A DNA stretch of 64,000 bases from Chiloscyllium plagiosum (taxonomy: Eukaryota). The stretch covers positions 51,813,527-51,877,526 of the forward strand of contig NC_057732.1 in NCBI RefSeq assembly GCF_004010195.1, in the 5' to 3' direction. Made by a program: the position numbers and the translations under genes. The notes beneath the pieces were generated by a model. It made no database searches. It had not been told where the DNA came from and saw only the letters and a list, made by a program, of their open reading frames with translations. Within the stretch, counting starts at the first letter, position 1; each line of letters begins with the position of its first letter. This document shows positions 49,296 to 60,855 of this stretch, one piece after another.

Positions 49296-49734
49296 GTTAG
49301 ATTTTGAAATTTCTTTTCTTTGAAAGAAAACTGCAATTAAGATGTACTAATTATTATTTTTACCTTTGAGGAATGTTTTGTTAGCCACTCCATGTCTGTT
49401 TCTAATATTGTTCATTAAAATACAATTTGCATCTTAACTTTCCATCGTTAGTATTGCTTAGAGCACAAGAGTAGCTCAGTTCATCAGCTGAACAAAGGAT
49501 TGCTAAAAAGCCAAAGAAACTGAGTGGGGTAATTTATTGTAATAAAGCTGATCTAAAACTTATGCCCTTTTGTCACACTTAGGTTTATTTATAAAAGGAG
49601 AAAATGAAAGCAATTTGTTTTTCCTCTCAATTTTATTTGCCATTGTTAGCTGGTTGGGATTGTTGTGAAAGTTCAATTTGGTTATTACTTCTGTGTTAAG
49701 TATGCATGTCTTTTGTCCTGCTTTCTTTATGCAG

Positions 49735-49887
49735 CACGCAAACAATGCTGATTTAGCCGATATCTCAAATCAGTTAGAAATGGCTGAGAAAGCCTTGGTG
49801 GAAAAGCAGCAAAAGATTGATGAAATGAAGCAGACAATTATAAAACAAGAAGAGGAAATAGAAACTGTGGCTGTGTTCCGAGCACAG
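49735..49887 (+). CDS. OPTN: Optineurin CC2 exon (HANNADLADISNQLEMAEKALVEKQQKIDEMKQTIIKQEEEIETVAVFRAQ)
   Basis: tatgcAG and CAG|GTGAAG; matches human [38 protein letters not shown]. Confidence 0.95.
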
Positions 49888-50373
49888 GTGAAGTGGTATT
49901 TTGCTTATTTAGAAGCATTTAAAATTGTATTGAGCTTCATTTTTTTAATATTCGAGTGGCATTACTGTTATTGAATCTCCTTCCATCAATATCCCAAGCA
50001 TTACCAATAACCCAAAACATAACTGAGCCAGATGTATCAATACTATGGCTACAAGGTGAGATTGTGGAATTCTGTGACAGGTAGCTCACATCTTGACTCC
50101 CCAGTCACTGTCTGACATTACAAGACACAAGTTAAAATTGTGACAGAATACTCTCCACTGGCCACGAGAAGCCCAAAATGATCCAGAACAAAGCAGACCC
50201 ACAGGAGTGGCACCCAATCCACTATATTAACGTTCACTCCTTTCAATACCGACACACTGTGGTACAAGCTGCACTCCAGCAACTCTCCGAGGTTTATTTA
50301 ACAACATCTTCCAAAGCTGCGAACTCTACAACTGAGAAAAAGGGCAGCAGTTGCCGAGGAGAAGTTGCATACT

Positions 50374-50959
50374 TGTTATGGACCAGGCCAGACCCTCTCA
50401 AAACAGTTCAAGAAAGTAGCCCGAATCCTAACTTTGCTCGTTGTTTTAAGCAGGTCAAGTGGATATTCCAGGAGTGATGCAGCTGGTCCAACCACTTAGT
50501 TTTAAACAGAACAATTTGCAAGATTACCAAATGAAACACAAACAAAAGAGAACAGAATACAGAATAATAACCGATTCGAAAACCCAACAGATTATCCCAG
50601 TTTAATGATGCTGTTCCAAATACTTGTAACAATCCCCATAAACACCCCTTTGCCAAAAAAAGGAAAAATTCAACGCAGGTTCTTACAGGAGAGATGTCAG
50701 AAAGAGGGAGGATCAGCATTAACCTGCTTCTTTGGGTCCAGCAGCTTCACAACTGATTGCTTGCTAAAACCAAACCAGAGATAAACTGAGCTGGGAGAAC
50801 TGTCCACTACACTTTTATTGTACAAGTGTTTTTTGAAAAAAAACTTCAAAGGTTCTTCATTTAGATCAACCCCAGATGTTTCAAAAACTGTGTCTGTACA
50901 ACCTGGGGGAAAAAAACCCAAGGACAACATAACCTTGTTAAAGGAGCAGCACCGTCACA
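50374..50959. mobile_element. Probable solo LTR inserted in an old LINE 3' fragment
   Basis: TGTTATG...CGTCACA termini; flanks tact/aact. Confidence 0.55.
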
Positions 50960-51410
50960 AACTAAGTTCCATTACTTTTAATGGCACTGGGTCAAAATTC
51001 TGACATTCCTTTTTTGTCAGCACTATGGGTGTTCCTACACTACATGAACTCAAATGATTCAAAATGTTCGCTGCATTTGAGTGAAATTAGGAATGGCAAT
51101 AAATATTTGCATTCCTTATGACCACCATATTCCAAGAACGAATTAAAACACATTCTTGTACTTTGTGCCAAAAGCCATCCCTACACTCCAACTGAACTCT
51201 CCCTCCCAATCAACAAAATGTTGCCTTGGGTGGAAAATATTTAGCAATGTATCATTATTCCAAGATTGAACTGCTGCTGTAATGTGCTGAATGGAAATGA
51301 GTACAATTGCAACATTTAAAAGGCATCTGGATGAGTATATGTTAAGCAAGAGTTTAGAGGGATATGGGCTGGGTGTTGGCAAGTGGGACTAGATTGGGTT
51401 GGGATATCAA

Positions 51411-51610
51411 TCACTGGCTGAAAGGGTTAATTTGCTCATGAAAGAAAACACAAAGATGAAGGAGGAACTGGATGCATTTAGCAGGTATTCCATGATGTCT
51501 TGAAGAAAAACTTGACTCAAAAATATATTGCAAGATTTTGCATTGAATATTTATTGTCAGTGGAATGTGAGGATCACTGATAAGATCACCATTTATCTTG
51601 TATGCTTAAT
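51411..51610 (+). pseudogene. OPTN: Partial duplicate of the OPTN UBAN exon 3' half plus downstream intron, inserted in a CR1 3' remnant (about 51300-51650)
   Basis: About 94-95% identical to 54720-54918. Confidence 0.9.
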
Positions 51611-52183
51611 GGACGAGTTGGACCGAGGGGTATGTTTCCATCTCTATGACACAAGATTGTGTGTTGTAATCATAATTGTATATTTTCAAAAATGCTAATT
51701 ACCATGAGGGCAACGCTGCAAACCAATAGATGAGTAGAACGTCTACTTAATGTACTCATGACAGGGTTCCTGCCTGTTCATTGCATGGTTTTAATTCTTT
51801 GGTTTCATTTTAACAGCGTGTACCTGTTTTGAATGGATGTAGGGTAGTATTTGGTTGAATATCAAATAAAAGTTAAGTACTGTTAATGTGCATTAGAAGT
51901 CAGCAGCAGACACAAATGAAGCGAAGTTATTGAAAAAGTAGCCAGTTATGGTTATTGAAATTTTTTTATTCAGTCACTGGCTGGGCCAGCATTTATTGCC
52001 CATCATGAGTTACTTTTTAAAAGAGTAAGCTGCCTTCTTGAATTGTTGCACTCCATGTGCTTTGGTTAGTAAAAGTATAGGTGTGGTTTATAAAATAGGA
52101 AAACTTGTGCTGCTGTAATAGGTCTGGCACATATAATGAGAATCGTCAAAATGTTTGGAAGCAAGGAAGGCACTGTTTAATCA

Positions 52184-52255
52184 CCCCGAAAAGTCGATTC
52201 TCCTGCTCCTTGGATGCTGCCTGACCTGCTGCGCTTTTCCAGCAACACATTTTCA
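52184..52255 (+). mobile_element. 72-bp PLE-tail insertion with 14-bp TSD
   Basis: TSD GCACTGTTTAATCA at 52170-52183 and 52256-52269. Confidence 0.8.
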
Positions 52256-52432
52256 GCACTGTTTAATCAACTGTCCAGAGCTAGACCAGAAACACATTGT
52301 CAGACAATAGCTAAGTACAACTCTATTATGTTTTGTGTCAATTTTACAATTAAATGCCAGCAGTGAATACCAACTCTAGAAGCTCAGTTCTTCAAGTATT
52401 TATTCCATGTGTGAAGATTGCTACAGTCTTGA

Positions 52433-54285
52433 GAAGAATTAAAAGAGCCAGGAGGAGACATGAGAAGTTGTTGGCGGATAGGATCAGGGTAAACCCTAAG
52501 GCTTTCTATAGGTATTTAAGGAATAAAAGAATGACGAGAGTAAGATGAGGGCCAATCAAGGATAGTAGTGGGAAGTTGTGTGTGGAGTCAGAGGAGATAG
52601 GGGAAGCACTAAATGAATATTTTTCAACAATATTCACTCTAGAAAATGACAATGTTGTCTAGGAGAATACTGAGCTACAGGCTACTAGACTAGGTGGGAT
52701 TGAGGTTCACAAGGAAGAGGTATTAGAAATCCTGCAGAGCGTGAAAATAGATACGTCCCCTGGGCCGGATAGGATTTATCCTAGGATCCTCTGAGAAGCC
52801 AGGGAGGAGATTGCCAAGCCTTTGGCATTGATCTTTAAATCGTCATTGTCTACAGGAATAGTGCCTGAGGACTGGAGGATAGCAAATGTGGTTCCCCTGT
52901 TCAAGAAGGGGAGTAGAGACAACCCTGGTAATTATAGACCAGTGAGCCTTACTTCAGTTGTTGGTAAAGTGTTGGAAAAGGTTATAAGAGATAGGATTTA
53001 TAATCATCTAGAAAAGAATAATTCGATTAAGGATAGTCAGCATGGTTTTGTGAAGGGTAGGTCGTGCCTCACAAACCTTATTGAGTTCTTTGAGAAGGTG
53101 ACCAAACAGGTAGATGAGAGTAAACCGGTTGATGTGGTGTATATGGATTTCAGCAAGGCATTCGATAAGGTTCCCCACAGTAGGCTATTGTACAAAATGC
53201 GGAGGAATGGGATTGTGGGAGATCTAGCAGTTTGGATCAGTAATTGGCTTGCTGAAAGAAGACAGAGTAGTTGATGGGAAATGTTCATCCTGGAGTCCAG
53301 TTACTAGTGGTGTACCGCAAAGGTCGGTGTTGGGTCCACTGCTGTTCGTCATTTTTATAAACGACCTGGATGAGGGCGTAGAAGGGTGGGTTAGTAAATT
53401 TGCAGATGACACTAAGGTCGGTGGAGTTGTGGATAGTGACGAAAGATGTTGTATGTTACAGAGAGACATAGATAAGCTGCAGAGCTGGGCTGAGAGGTGG
53501 CAAATTGAGTTTAATGCGGACAAGTGTGAGATGCTTCACTTCGGTCAGAGTAACCGGAATGCAAAGTACTGGGCTAATGGTAAGATTCTTGGTAGTGTAG
53601 ATGAGCAGAGATCTCGGTGTCCAGGTACACAGATCCTTGAAAGTTACAACCAGGTTGACAAGGTTGTTAAGAAGGCATACAGTGTTTTAGCTTTTATGAA
53701 GAGAGGGATTGAGTTCTGGAACCATGAGGTTATGCTACAGCTGTACAAAACTCTGGAGCGGCCACACTTGGAGTATTGTGTACAGTTCTGGTCACCACAT
53801 TATAAGAAGGATGTGGAACCTTTGGAAAGGGTGCAGAGAAGATTTACTAGGATGTTGCCTGGTATGGAGGGAAGGTCTTACGAGGAAAGGCTGAGGGACT
53901 TGAGGCTGTTTTCATTAGAGAGAAGGTTAAGAGGTGACTTAATAAAGACATATAAGATAATCAGAGGGTTAAATAGGGTGGACAGGGAGAGCCTTTTTCC
54001 AAGTATGGTGACAGCTAGCACGAGGGGGCATAGCTTTAAATTGAGGGGTGATAGATATAGGATAGATGTCAGAGGTAGTTTCTTTACTTAGAGAGTAGTA
54101 AGGGTATGGAATGCTTTGCCTGCAACGGTAGTAGATTTGCCAACTTTAAGTACATTTAAGTCGTCATTGGACAAGCATATGGACATACATGGAATAGTGT
54201 AGGTTAGATGGGCTTCAGATTGGTATGACAGGTTGGCGCAACATCGAGGGCCGAAGGGCCTGTACTGCGCTGTAATGTTCTATAA
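52433..54285 (+). mobile_element. Young 5'-truncated CR1/HER1 LINE (RT domain)
   Basis: PGNYRPVSLTS, QHGFVKGRSCLTNL, DFSKAFD, VPQRSVLGPLLF, KFADDTK; few disablements. Confidence 0.95.
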
Positions 54286-54650
54286 TTATAAAAGTATATA
54301 AGCATTACTCATTCATTTTGCTAATTTCAGTAAAATCAATAAGCCTGTCTTGAAATTGACAGAAGCAAAACATACAGGAAATCTTATTATTCAAGGTGAG
54401 CACTTTCAGAGCATTAATTACAAAACACCTCCATTGTAGTGGCTAGAAATTCAAGCATTATATCCCAAAATCATACAGGACTAGAATTTGATAACTTCAG
54501 GATTGTACGAAATTATGTGCAAATTGTATTTTCTAAGTTTAGGTAATACAGATTTAAATTTGGTACTAATTGGCTAGTGTGGCAGCTCACAATATTGAAT
54601 GCATGTTTACAATAAATGTTATTACTGCTGTCATTTCTGTTTTCCGGTAG

Positions 54651-54793
54651 GCTGATGTTTATAGTGCAGATTTCCATGCTGAAAGAGCAGCTCGAGAAGC
54701 AATTCATGCAGAAAAGGAGTCACTGGCTGAAAGGGTGAATTTGCTCATGAAAGAAAACACAAAGATGAAGGAGGAACTGGATGCATTTAGCAG
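54651..54793 (+). CDS. OPTN: Optineurin UBAN exon ([48 protein letters not shown])
   Basis: ccggtAG and CAG|GTATTT; DFHAER ubiquitin-binding motif; phase 0 to 2. Confidence 0.97.
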
Positions 54794-55585
54794 GTATTTC
54801 ATGATGTCTTGAAGAAAAACTTGATCAAAAATGTATTGCAAGATTTTGTCTTGAATATTTATTGTCAGTGGAATGTGAAGATCACTGATAAGATCAGCAT
54901 TTATCCTGTATACCTAATTGCTCTCGAGGAGTCAAGCTACTATTGTAAACTGCTTCAATATTGAAGCACTCTTTGCAATTATAGTTTAAATTACAAGAAA
55001 TCTCAATGTTGTTTTCACTTAAAGGGAAACAAACAGGGAACAGAATCATCATTCCAAGAATTTTTGAAAAATTTAACAAATGTTGTGTTGCTGCTGTAGC
55101 ATATCCACAAGTAAAAGAAATTAAGAATGTAAGTGAGGAATGTAAATTTTGAAGCATTAGGTTGACTCCTTGGGTAGTGTCCTAGACGCAGCTATTTTCA
55201 GCTGCTTCATCCATAACCACCTTTCTTCGTAAGGTTGGAAATTGAAAAATTCACTGATGATTGAATAATGTTCAGCACAATTCACAACTCCTTGAATACT
55301 GAAGTAGCCCATTTCCGTATGGAGCAACACCTGGACAACATCCAGCTTGAACTGATAACTGCGAGTAACATTTGTGCTACACGAATGCCAGATAATTACC
55401 ATCTCCAACAAGAGAAAATCTAACCATTCCCTGAGCATTGCTGTATTCCACCTTTCAACATCCTGGGTTTTACTATTGACCAGAAACTGAACTGAACTAA
55501 CAATATAATTACTGAGACTACAAGAGCAGGTCAGAAGCTAGGAATTCTGCCATGAGTAACTCATGCCTTGGTTCTCTGATGTTTG

Positions 55586-55685
55586 CTGAAAATGTGTTGC
55601 TGGAAAAGCGCAGCAGGTCAGGCAGCATCCAAGGAACAGGAGAATCGACGTTTCGGGCATAAGCCCTTCTTCACTTCCCCCCCCC
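55586..55685 (-). mobile_element. 100-bp PLE-tail insertion with 14-bp TSD, inside an old LINE fragment (about 55160-56080)
   Basis: TSD TTCTCTGATGTTTG at 55572-55585 and 55686-55699. Confidence 0.8.
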
Positions 55686-57343
55686 TTCTCTGATGTTTGT
55701 CCACATCTAAAAACCAAGAGTCAAGACTGTGATGAAATTTGCTGCACATGCTAGGATGGGGGCAGAAAAACAACAGTCAAGCTCAACACTGTCTAGGACA
55801 AAGCAAATATCATGGTCAATATTGATTTCCTTCATCAGTGGTGCATACCGTCTACAAGATGACTGCACAAATTTGACAAAGATCCTGAGACAACACCTTT
55901 CAACCTCACTTGCCACTAAGGAAGTCAAGGGCAGCTGATACATGAGAACACCACCCAAATGTTCCCCTCCAAGCCATTCACCATCCTGATTTGGAAATCT
56001 ATCACTGTTCCCTCACTGTCACTGTGTTAGAATCCTGGAACTCTCTCCCTCACAGCCCAGTAGATGTCCCTAAAAAATGCATGTCATTCATGCACAGCAC
56101 CATGTCTGAGGCCAACATAATAGATCAGGCCAAAAGATTTGTCTCCATCATTCACGTAATGTCACACAAACCAGCCAGCAGCCACATGGAGAACAAGATA
56201 TTTCAGTGTAAGATTATAACCAAGATTTGTATTAGACTTGATGAGGCTTAATTAACAAATGTAAGATAAGCATTGGTTTCTCAGAAGAGAATTATCATGT
56301 TAATTTTATAACACTAACTAGAATATTTCAAATAAACATGTTCTTGCATTAATGTTTTTCATATGAAAACATCTATACTTACTTCTGGCATGAATTAATA
56401 TAATCATTTTTAAAATAAATATCATTTATTACGCTGAATTAGAGAGAAGCAACAAAATAAAAGTAGTTTCCATAAGCTCCTTTATTTCTGAGTTTTTTCT
56501 TTATAGTGGCAAGGGAAATTGGTTGGGGTAGATAGGTGGTGGTCCATGGGCTCTCTAGTCCTGTCTAATTGGGGATGAAAAGGTTTGAGAATCGCTGATC
56601 TGTATCAAATTGCATTGTTCTACATAAATAATGGTAAATGCTAACCTGTTAAAATTGTTTGTCTGAACTTGTAACTGTATGAAAACAGTTATTGCAGAAC
56701 AAACTAAAACGTTGTCTATGGTTAATGTATCAAGAACAAACGGGGAACATGACATTTTACAGTAGTTCTTCTAATATACACTTTCTTTGCTTCATTCTGT
56801 CTGTACCTTGCTATCTAAGATGGATAATGAATGGATAGAAATCAGTGTGTGGATGCTGGGTCACTGAAATATATAAAAATATAGATAATTCCTTGATATT
56901 TCAAAATTCTAACAGCTATGCTGAGCTGGTACAAAAGGGGAGTTGAAGACTGTGGCAGATCACCACAATCTTGTTGAATGGCAAAGCAGGCTTAAGGCAT
57001 GAATGGCCTACTCCTGCTTTGATTTCTTATAGTCTAACATCAATCAGCAAGATCTCTTAGGTAAAAGAAATTATTTAAGATGTAAATGATAAATTTAGTC
57101 AGCTGCCAAAGCCCAGTAAAGTTCAATTGAATCATTTTAGTTTTTTTCAATCAACAATGAAATATTGACTGGTACTATTTTATGTTCAACATTTGTAATA
57201 CATTAAACTGTGATTCGAAATAACGTACTATGCTGTTTAAATGATCTTAGTCTTTAAGGTTCACAACTAATGTACTATCTCATAATCCTTGTTTCACTGA
57301 TACCTGAAAGATTGACTTCTCAAATGTTTAATTGAATTTACAG

Positions 57344-57426
57344 GCAGTCTTTGATTGAATTGCAGCGCCGTCATAGCAATCTAGGGGCTGAGGACAATGT
57401 AGCAATGCAGCAACCGGTTCAACGAG
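57344..57426 (+). CDS. OPTN: Optineurin exon (RQSLIELQRRHSNLGAEDNVAMQQPVQRG)
   Basis: ttacAG and GAG|GTAAAA; matches human RQSLMEMQSRH...VQRG; phase 2 to 1. Confidence 0.92.
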
Positions 57427-57504
57427 GTAAAAGCTTTGTTTTAAATTTAAATCAGCTGTGATCCTGTATATTACCAAGGATCTATGTTTGCAGTTCTTGA
57501 GACT

Positions 57505-57712
57505 TGGAGCTCAGCTTGAGGTTCAGGTTGTAAGTTTGCTTGCTGAGCTGGTAGGTTTGTTCTCAGACATTTCGTCACCATGCTGGGTAACAACATCAGT
57601 GTGCCTCTCGTGAAGCTTCACCTTCACTTGGAAGCTCACTGATGTTACCCAGCACGGTGACGAAATATCTGAGAACAAACCTACCAGCTCAGCGAGCAAA
57701 CTTATGACCTGA
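57505..57712 (-). mobile_element. Hairpin PLE derivative (same family as 26987)
   Basis: Inverted arms agtttgcttgctgagctggtaggtttgttctcaga / tctgagaacaaacctaccagctcagcgagcaaact. Confidence 0.8.
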
Positions 57713-58437
57713 AGGAACTAATGCGTTTGTCACAATCTTATAATTGTGTTTGATATTGTAAATTAGACAAGACCATTATCAGTATAGAGTATTAGAGTGG
57801 AGGTTTTTTTTTAAATTTCTTCCATGGAACATGGGCATCTTTGTCAAGGCCAGCATTTCCCATCCATAATTGTCTTTGAAAGGAGTGGAATGTTCCGCCA
57901 TTTCAGATTCAACCACATTGATGTGAATCTGAAATCACCTGTAGGCCACACTAGGTAAAGATGGTAGATGGCCTTCAAAAAGAACATTGGTGTTGTACTG
58001 TCCCTAGTTGGTTGTTAATTGTTACTGTTTAGTTTTAGTATTTACTTTGGTAAATAAATACTCATTTGTGGTCAAATGGGTTTGTAGTGAATATCAAAAA
58101 AGAAAGATGACCTCTAGGTGATTTTGCGATGGGTTTCCCAAACAAAGGTACAGGGTTCTGGATGTATTCTTGTGGTGTGGTGGAAGGGTTCAAATCCATC
58201 TGCTCTAGAGATATGTTGTGATATATCTAAACAGGTTGGTTTTTAAAAAGAAACTGGGTTCTTTGGCTGATCTCTGCACAAATAAGGATGTGTTTTTAGA
58301 GGCTCTTGTGGCACAGTGGTAGTGTCCCTACCTCTAGACCAGAAAGCCTGGATTCAAATCCCACCTACTTAACATTTGTGCCATAACATGTCTGAACAGA
58401 TTGATTGAAAATATGAAGAGCTAAGTTCTTAGGTACG

Positions 58438-58950
58438 TAGAGTCATAGAGATGTAGAGCATGGACACAGACCCTTCAGTCCAACCCGTCCATGCCGACCA
58501 GATATCCCAACCCAATCTAGACCCACCTGCCAGTACCTGGCCCATATCCCTCCAAACCCTTCCTATTCATATAACCATCCAAATGCCTTTTAAATGTTGC
58601 AATTGTACCAGCCTCACCACTTCCTCTGGCAGCTCATTCCATAAACGTACCACCCTCTGCATGAAAAAGTTGCCCCTTAGGTCTCTATCTTTCGTCTCTC
58701 ACCCTAAACCCATGTCCTCTAGTTCTGGACTCCCACCCCAGGGAAAAGACTTTTGTCTATTTATCCGATCCATGCCCCTCATGATTTTATAAACCTCTAT
58801 AAGATCACCCCTCAGCCTCCGACGCTCCAGGGAAAACAGCCACAGCCTATTCAATCTGTCCCTATAGCTCAAATCCTCCGACCCTGGCAACATCCTTGTA
58901 AATCTTTTCTGAACACTTTCAAATTTCACAACATCTTTCCAATAGGAAGG
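58438..58950 (-). mobile_element. CR1/HER1 3' end
   Basis: VQKRFTRMLPG...RRLRGDLIEVYKIMRG. Confidence 0.9.
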
Positions 58951-59431
58951 AGACACATGTGGCAGTGTTTTTAACTTGGAGCCAAGTTCAAGTCCCATCT
59001 GCCCCGAAAGGTCTGTTTCCTTGTTGTATGACTGGGTGTTGTAACTTGTATTTAACAGGTTAATTTTTTTTTTTGAAAATATCATTCAGGTTTCTAATGG
59101 CACTGTAGTAGCACTCCTACCTCTGGGTTCGAATCCTACCTGCTTCAGAAATGTGTCACAACATCCCTGAATCGATTGATCATTAAAATGTCTTGCCTTT
59201 GAAGCTTTGGTAGGCACGCAGGCAGTGCAAGCACTGGAGTGTATTATCTCCCCCTCTGACATCATTAGATTTAACTCCCTTTCTTGTTTCCCCACCATTT
59301 TGCTTGTAAATTGTTTGTTTAGTTAATTATTTGGGAGAGTTAGTGATAGGCTTTTCAAAAGGAAAAGAGCCAATTGGCTTCAAGACAGGGAATGCAATCC
59401 AAAGGAAAGAATGGAAACTGGTATTTTTAAA

Positions 59432-59778
59432 AATTATTTATTCATGTGATGGGGACATTGCTGGCCAGGCAGCATTTATTGCCCATCTCTAATTGCCCAG
59501 GGGGCAGTTGACAGTTAACTACATTGCTACGGGTCTGGAGTAACATGTAGGCCAGACCAGGTAAGGCTGGCAGTTTCCTTCTCTAAAGGACATTAGTGAA
59601 CCATTAGTGACAATCGATAATAAATTCATGTCGTCATTAGGCTGTTTAATTCCAGATATTCATTGAATTCAAATTCCAACATCTACCGTGGCAGGATTCG
59701 AACCTGGTTCCCCAGAACATTATCTGCATCTCTGGGTTAACAGTCCAGCGATAATACCACGAGGCCATCACCTGCCCC
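59432..59778 (-). mobile_element. SacSINE1-like SINE
   Basis: tRNA-like head with B box (ggttcgaatcc on minus), central domain and gggcaataaatgctg tail. Confidence 0.65.
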
Positions 59779-59935
59779 AAATAATAGAACTTCGTAAATC
59801 TGTTTTTTTTTGCTGCAGAATTCAACAAATGAATATCGTTGTGTTAAACATGCACAGTCTTATATTTTGCAAGTTGTATGATATGTGTATGATATATTAC
59901 TGTACCTTAACTGTTGTTTTAATTCTGCTCATCAG

Positions 59936-60057
59936 GACCTGACAATCTTGCTTGGGACCTGCAAGGGGTTCTGCCGGAACATGCTTGTCCAAAGTGTGGT
60001 ACTGTCTTGCCTGACATAGATACCCTACAAATACATGTCATGGATTGCATCATATAA
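59936..60057 (+). CDS. OPTN: Optineurin last coding exon with UBZ zinc finger ([26 protein letters not shown])
   Basis: catcAG acceptor; C-terminus nearly identical to human; TAA at 60055-60057. Confidence 0.97.
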
Positions 60058-60855
60058 GCAGAAGATCTAACTAACCACTGTTATGGTTCTTACAGCTATG
60101 CAAACATATTGAATTTGTTGTTGCCTTATTGGAGGATGGAGGAGAAAGGATGCTGATTGTAATTACTTTTATGGAATTTCACTTCAAACTGTAATTGTGA
60201 AATTAATGTTTTGTTGTTTAGCACAATGCTTCCCAAATGTTTTCTCACTATGACCCCATTTTACCGTTTGAAAATAGTCATGACCTTGTGGGAACTGATA
60301 GATAGCCAGGGGCCTTATACTGGGAGGGGCACAGCTGTTATAACTCAGTGGCCATTGGTGCTTCAGAGCTTGTGACCCACTTTGGTCCTGACCCCATTTT
60401 GGAAAGTCCTGATCTCATACTGCTTTAATATTTGCTTACGTGAATGTAGTGCTCATTTATCTTTACAAACTTAATTCTAAGAATAATGCACCAAAGGATT
60501 TAACATTTTTCAATAATAGCTTCAGAGTTTGCATATTACAGAGTTATTTATTTCCTGCAGATTTGTTGGTGAGTTACTGGGCACTGTTTTTCCGCAAGTG
60601 TTTTGGGTTATAAGTAAAAACAGTTGGGTAAAATGGGGCAGATCTAATCTACGTTTCAGAGGAGACATTCAGATTTGTACTGAAGAAATTGTACCATTCT
60701 AAGTCTCTCAATCTTTCGGTATAATTACACTCAATTAGGTAAGGGGTAAAATTGAGCATATACCGCCATGTTTCCTGACTGATGTGATGGGTTAATTTCT
60801 TTGCCAAAGGCTAAATATTCTGGTTAAGTTCCACTTGAAGAATTCATTTATCAAG

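Noticed and set aside
52822-54091. Intact or domesticated reverse transcriptase gene
   Set aside because: It is 5'-truncated with upstream stops and frameshifts; an ordinary young CR1 copy
23727-60057. IKBKG/NEMO as the gene identity
   Set aside because: The LIR motif DSFVEI, the C-terminus [10 protein letters not shown] and the CCDC3 neighbour indicate OPTN
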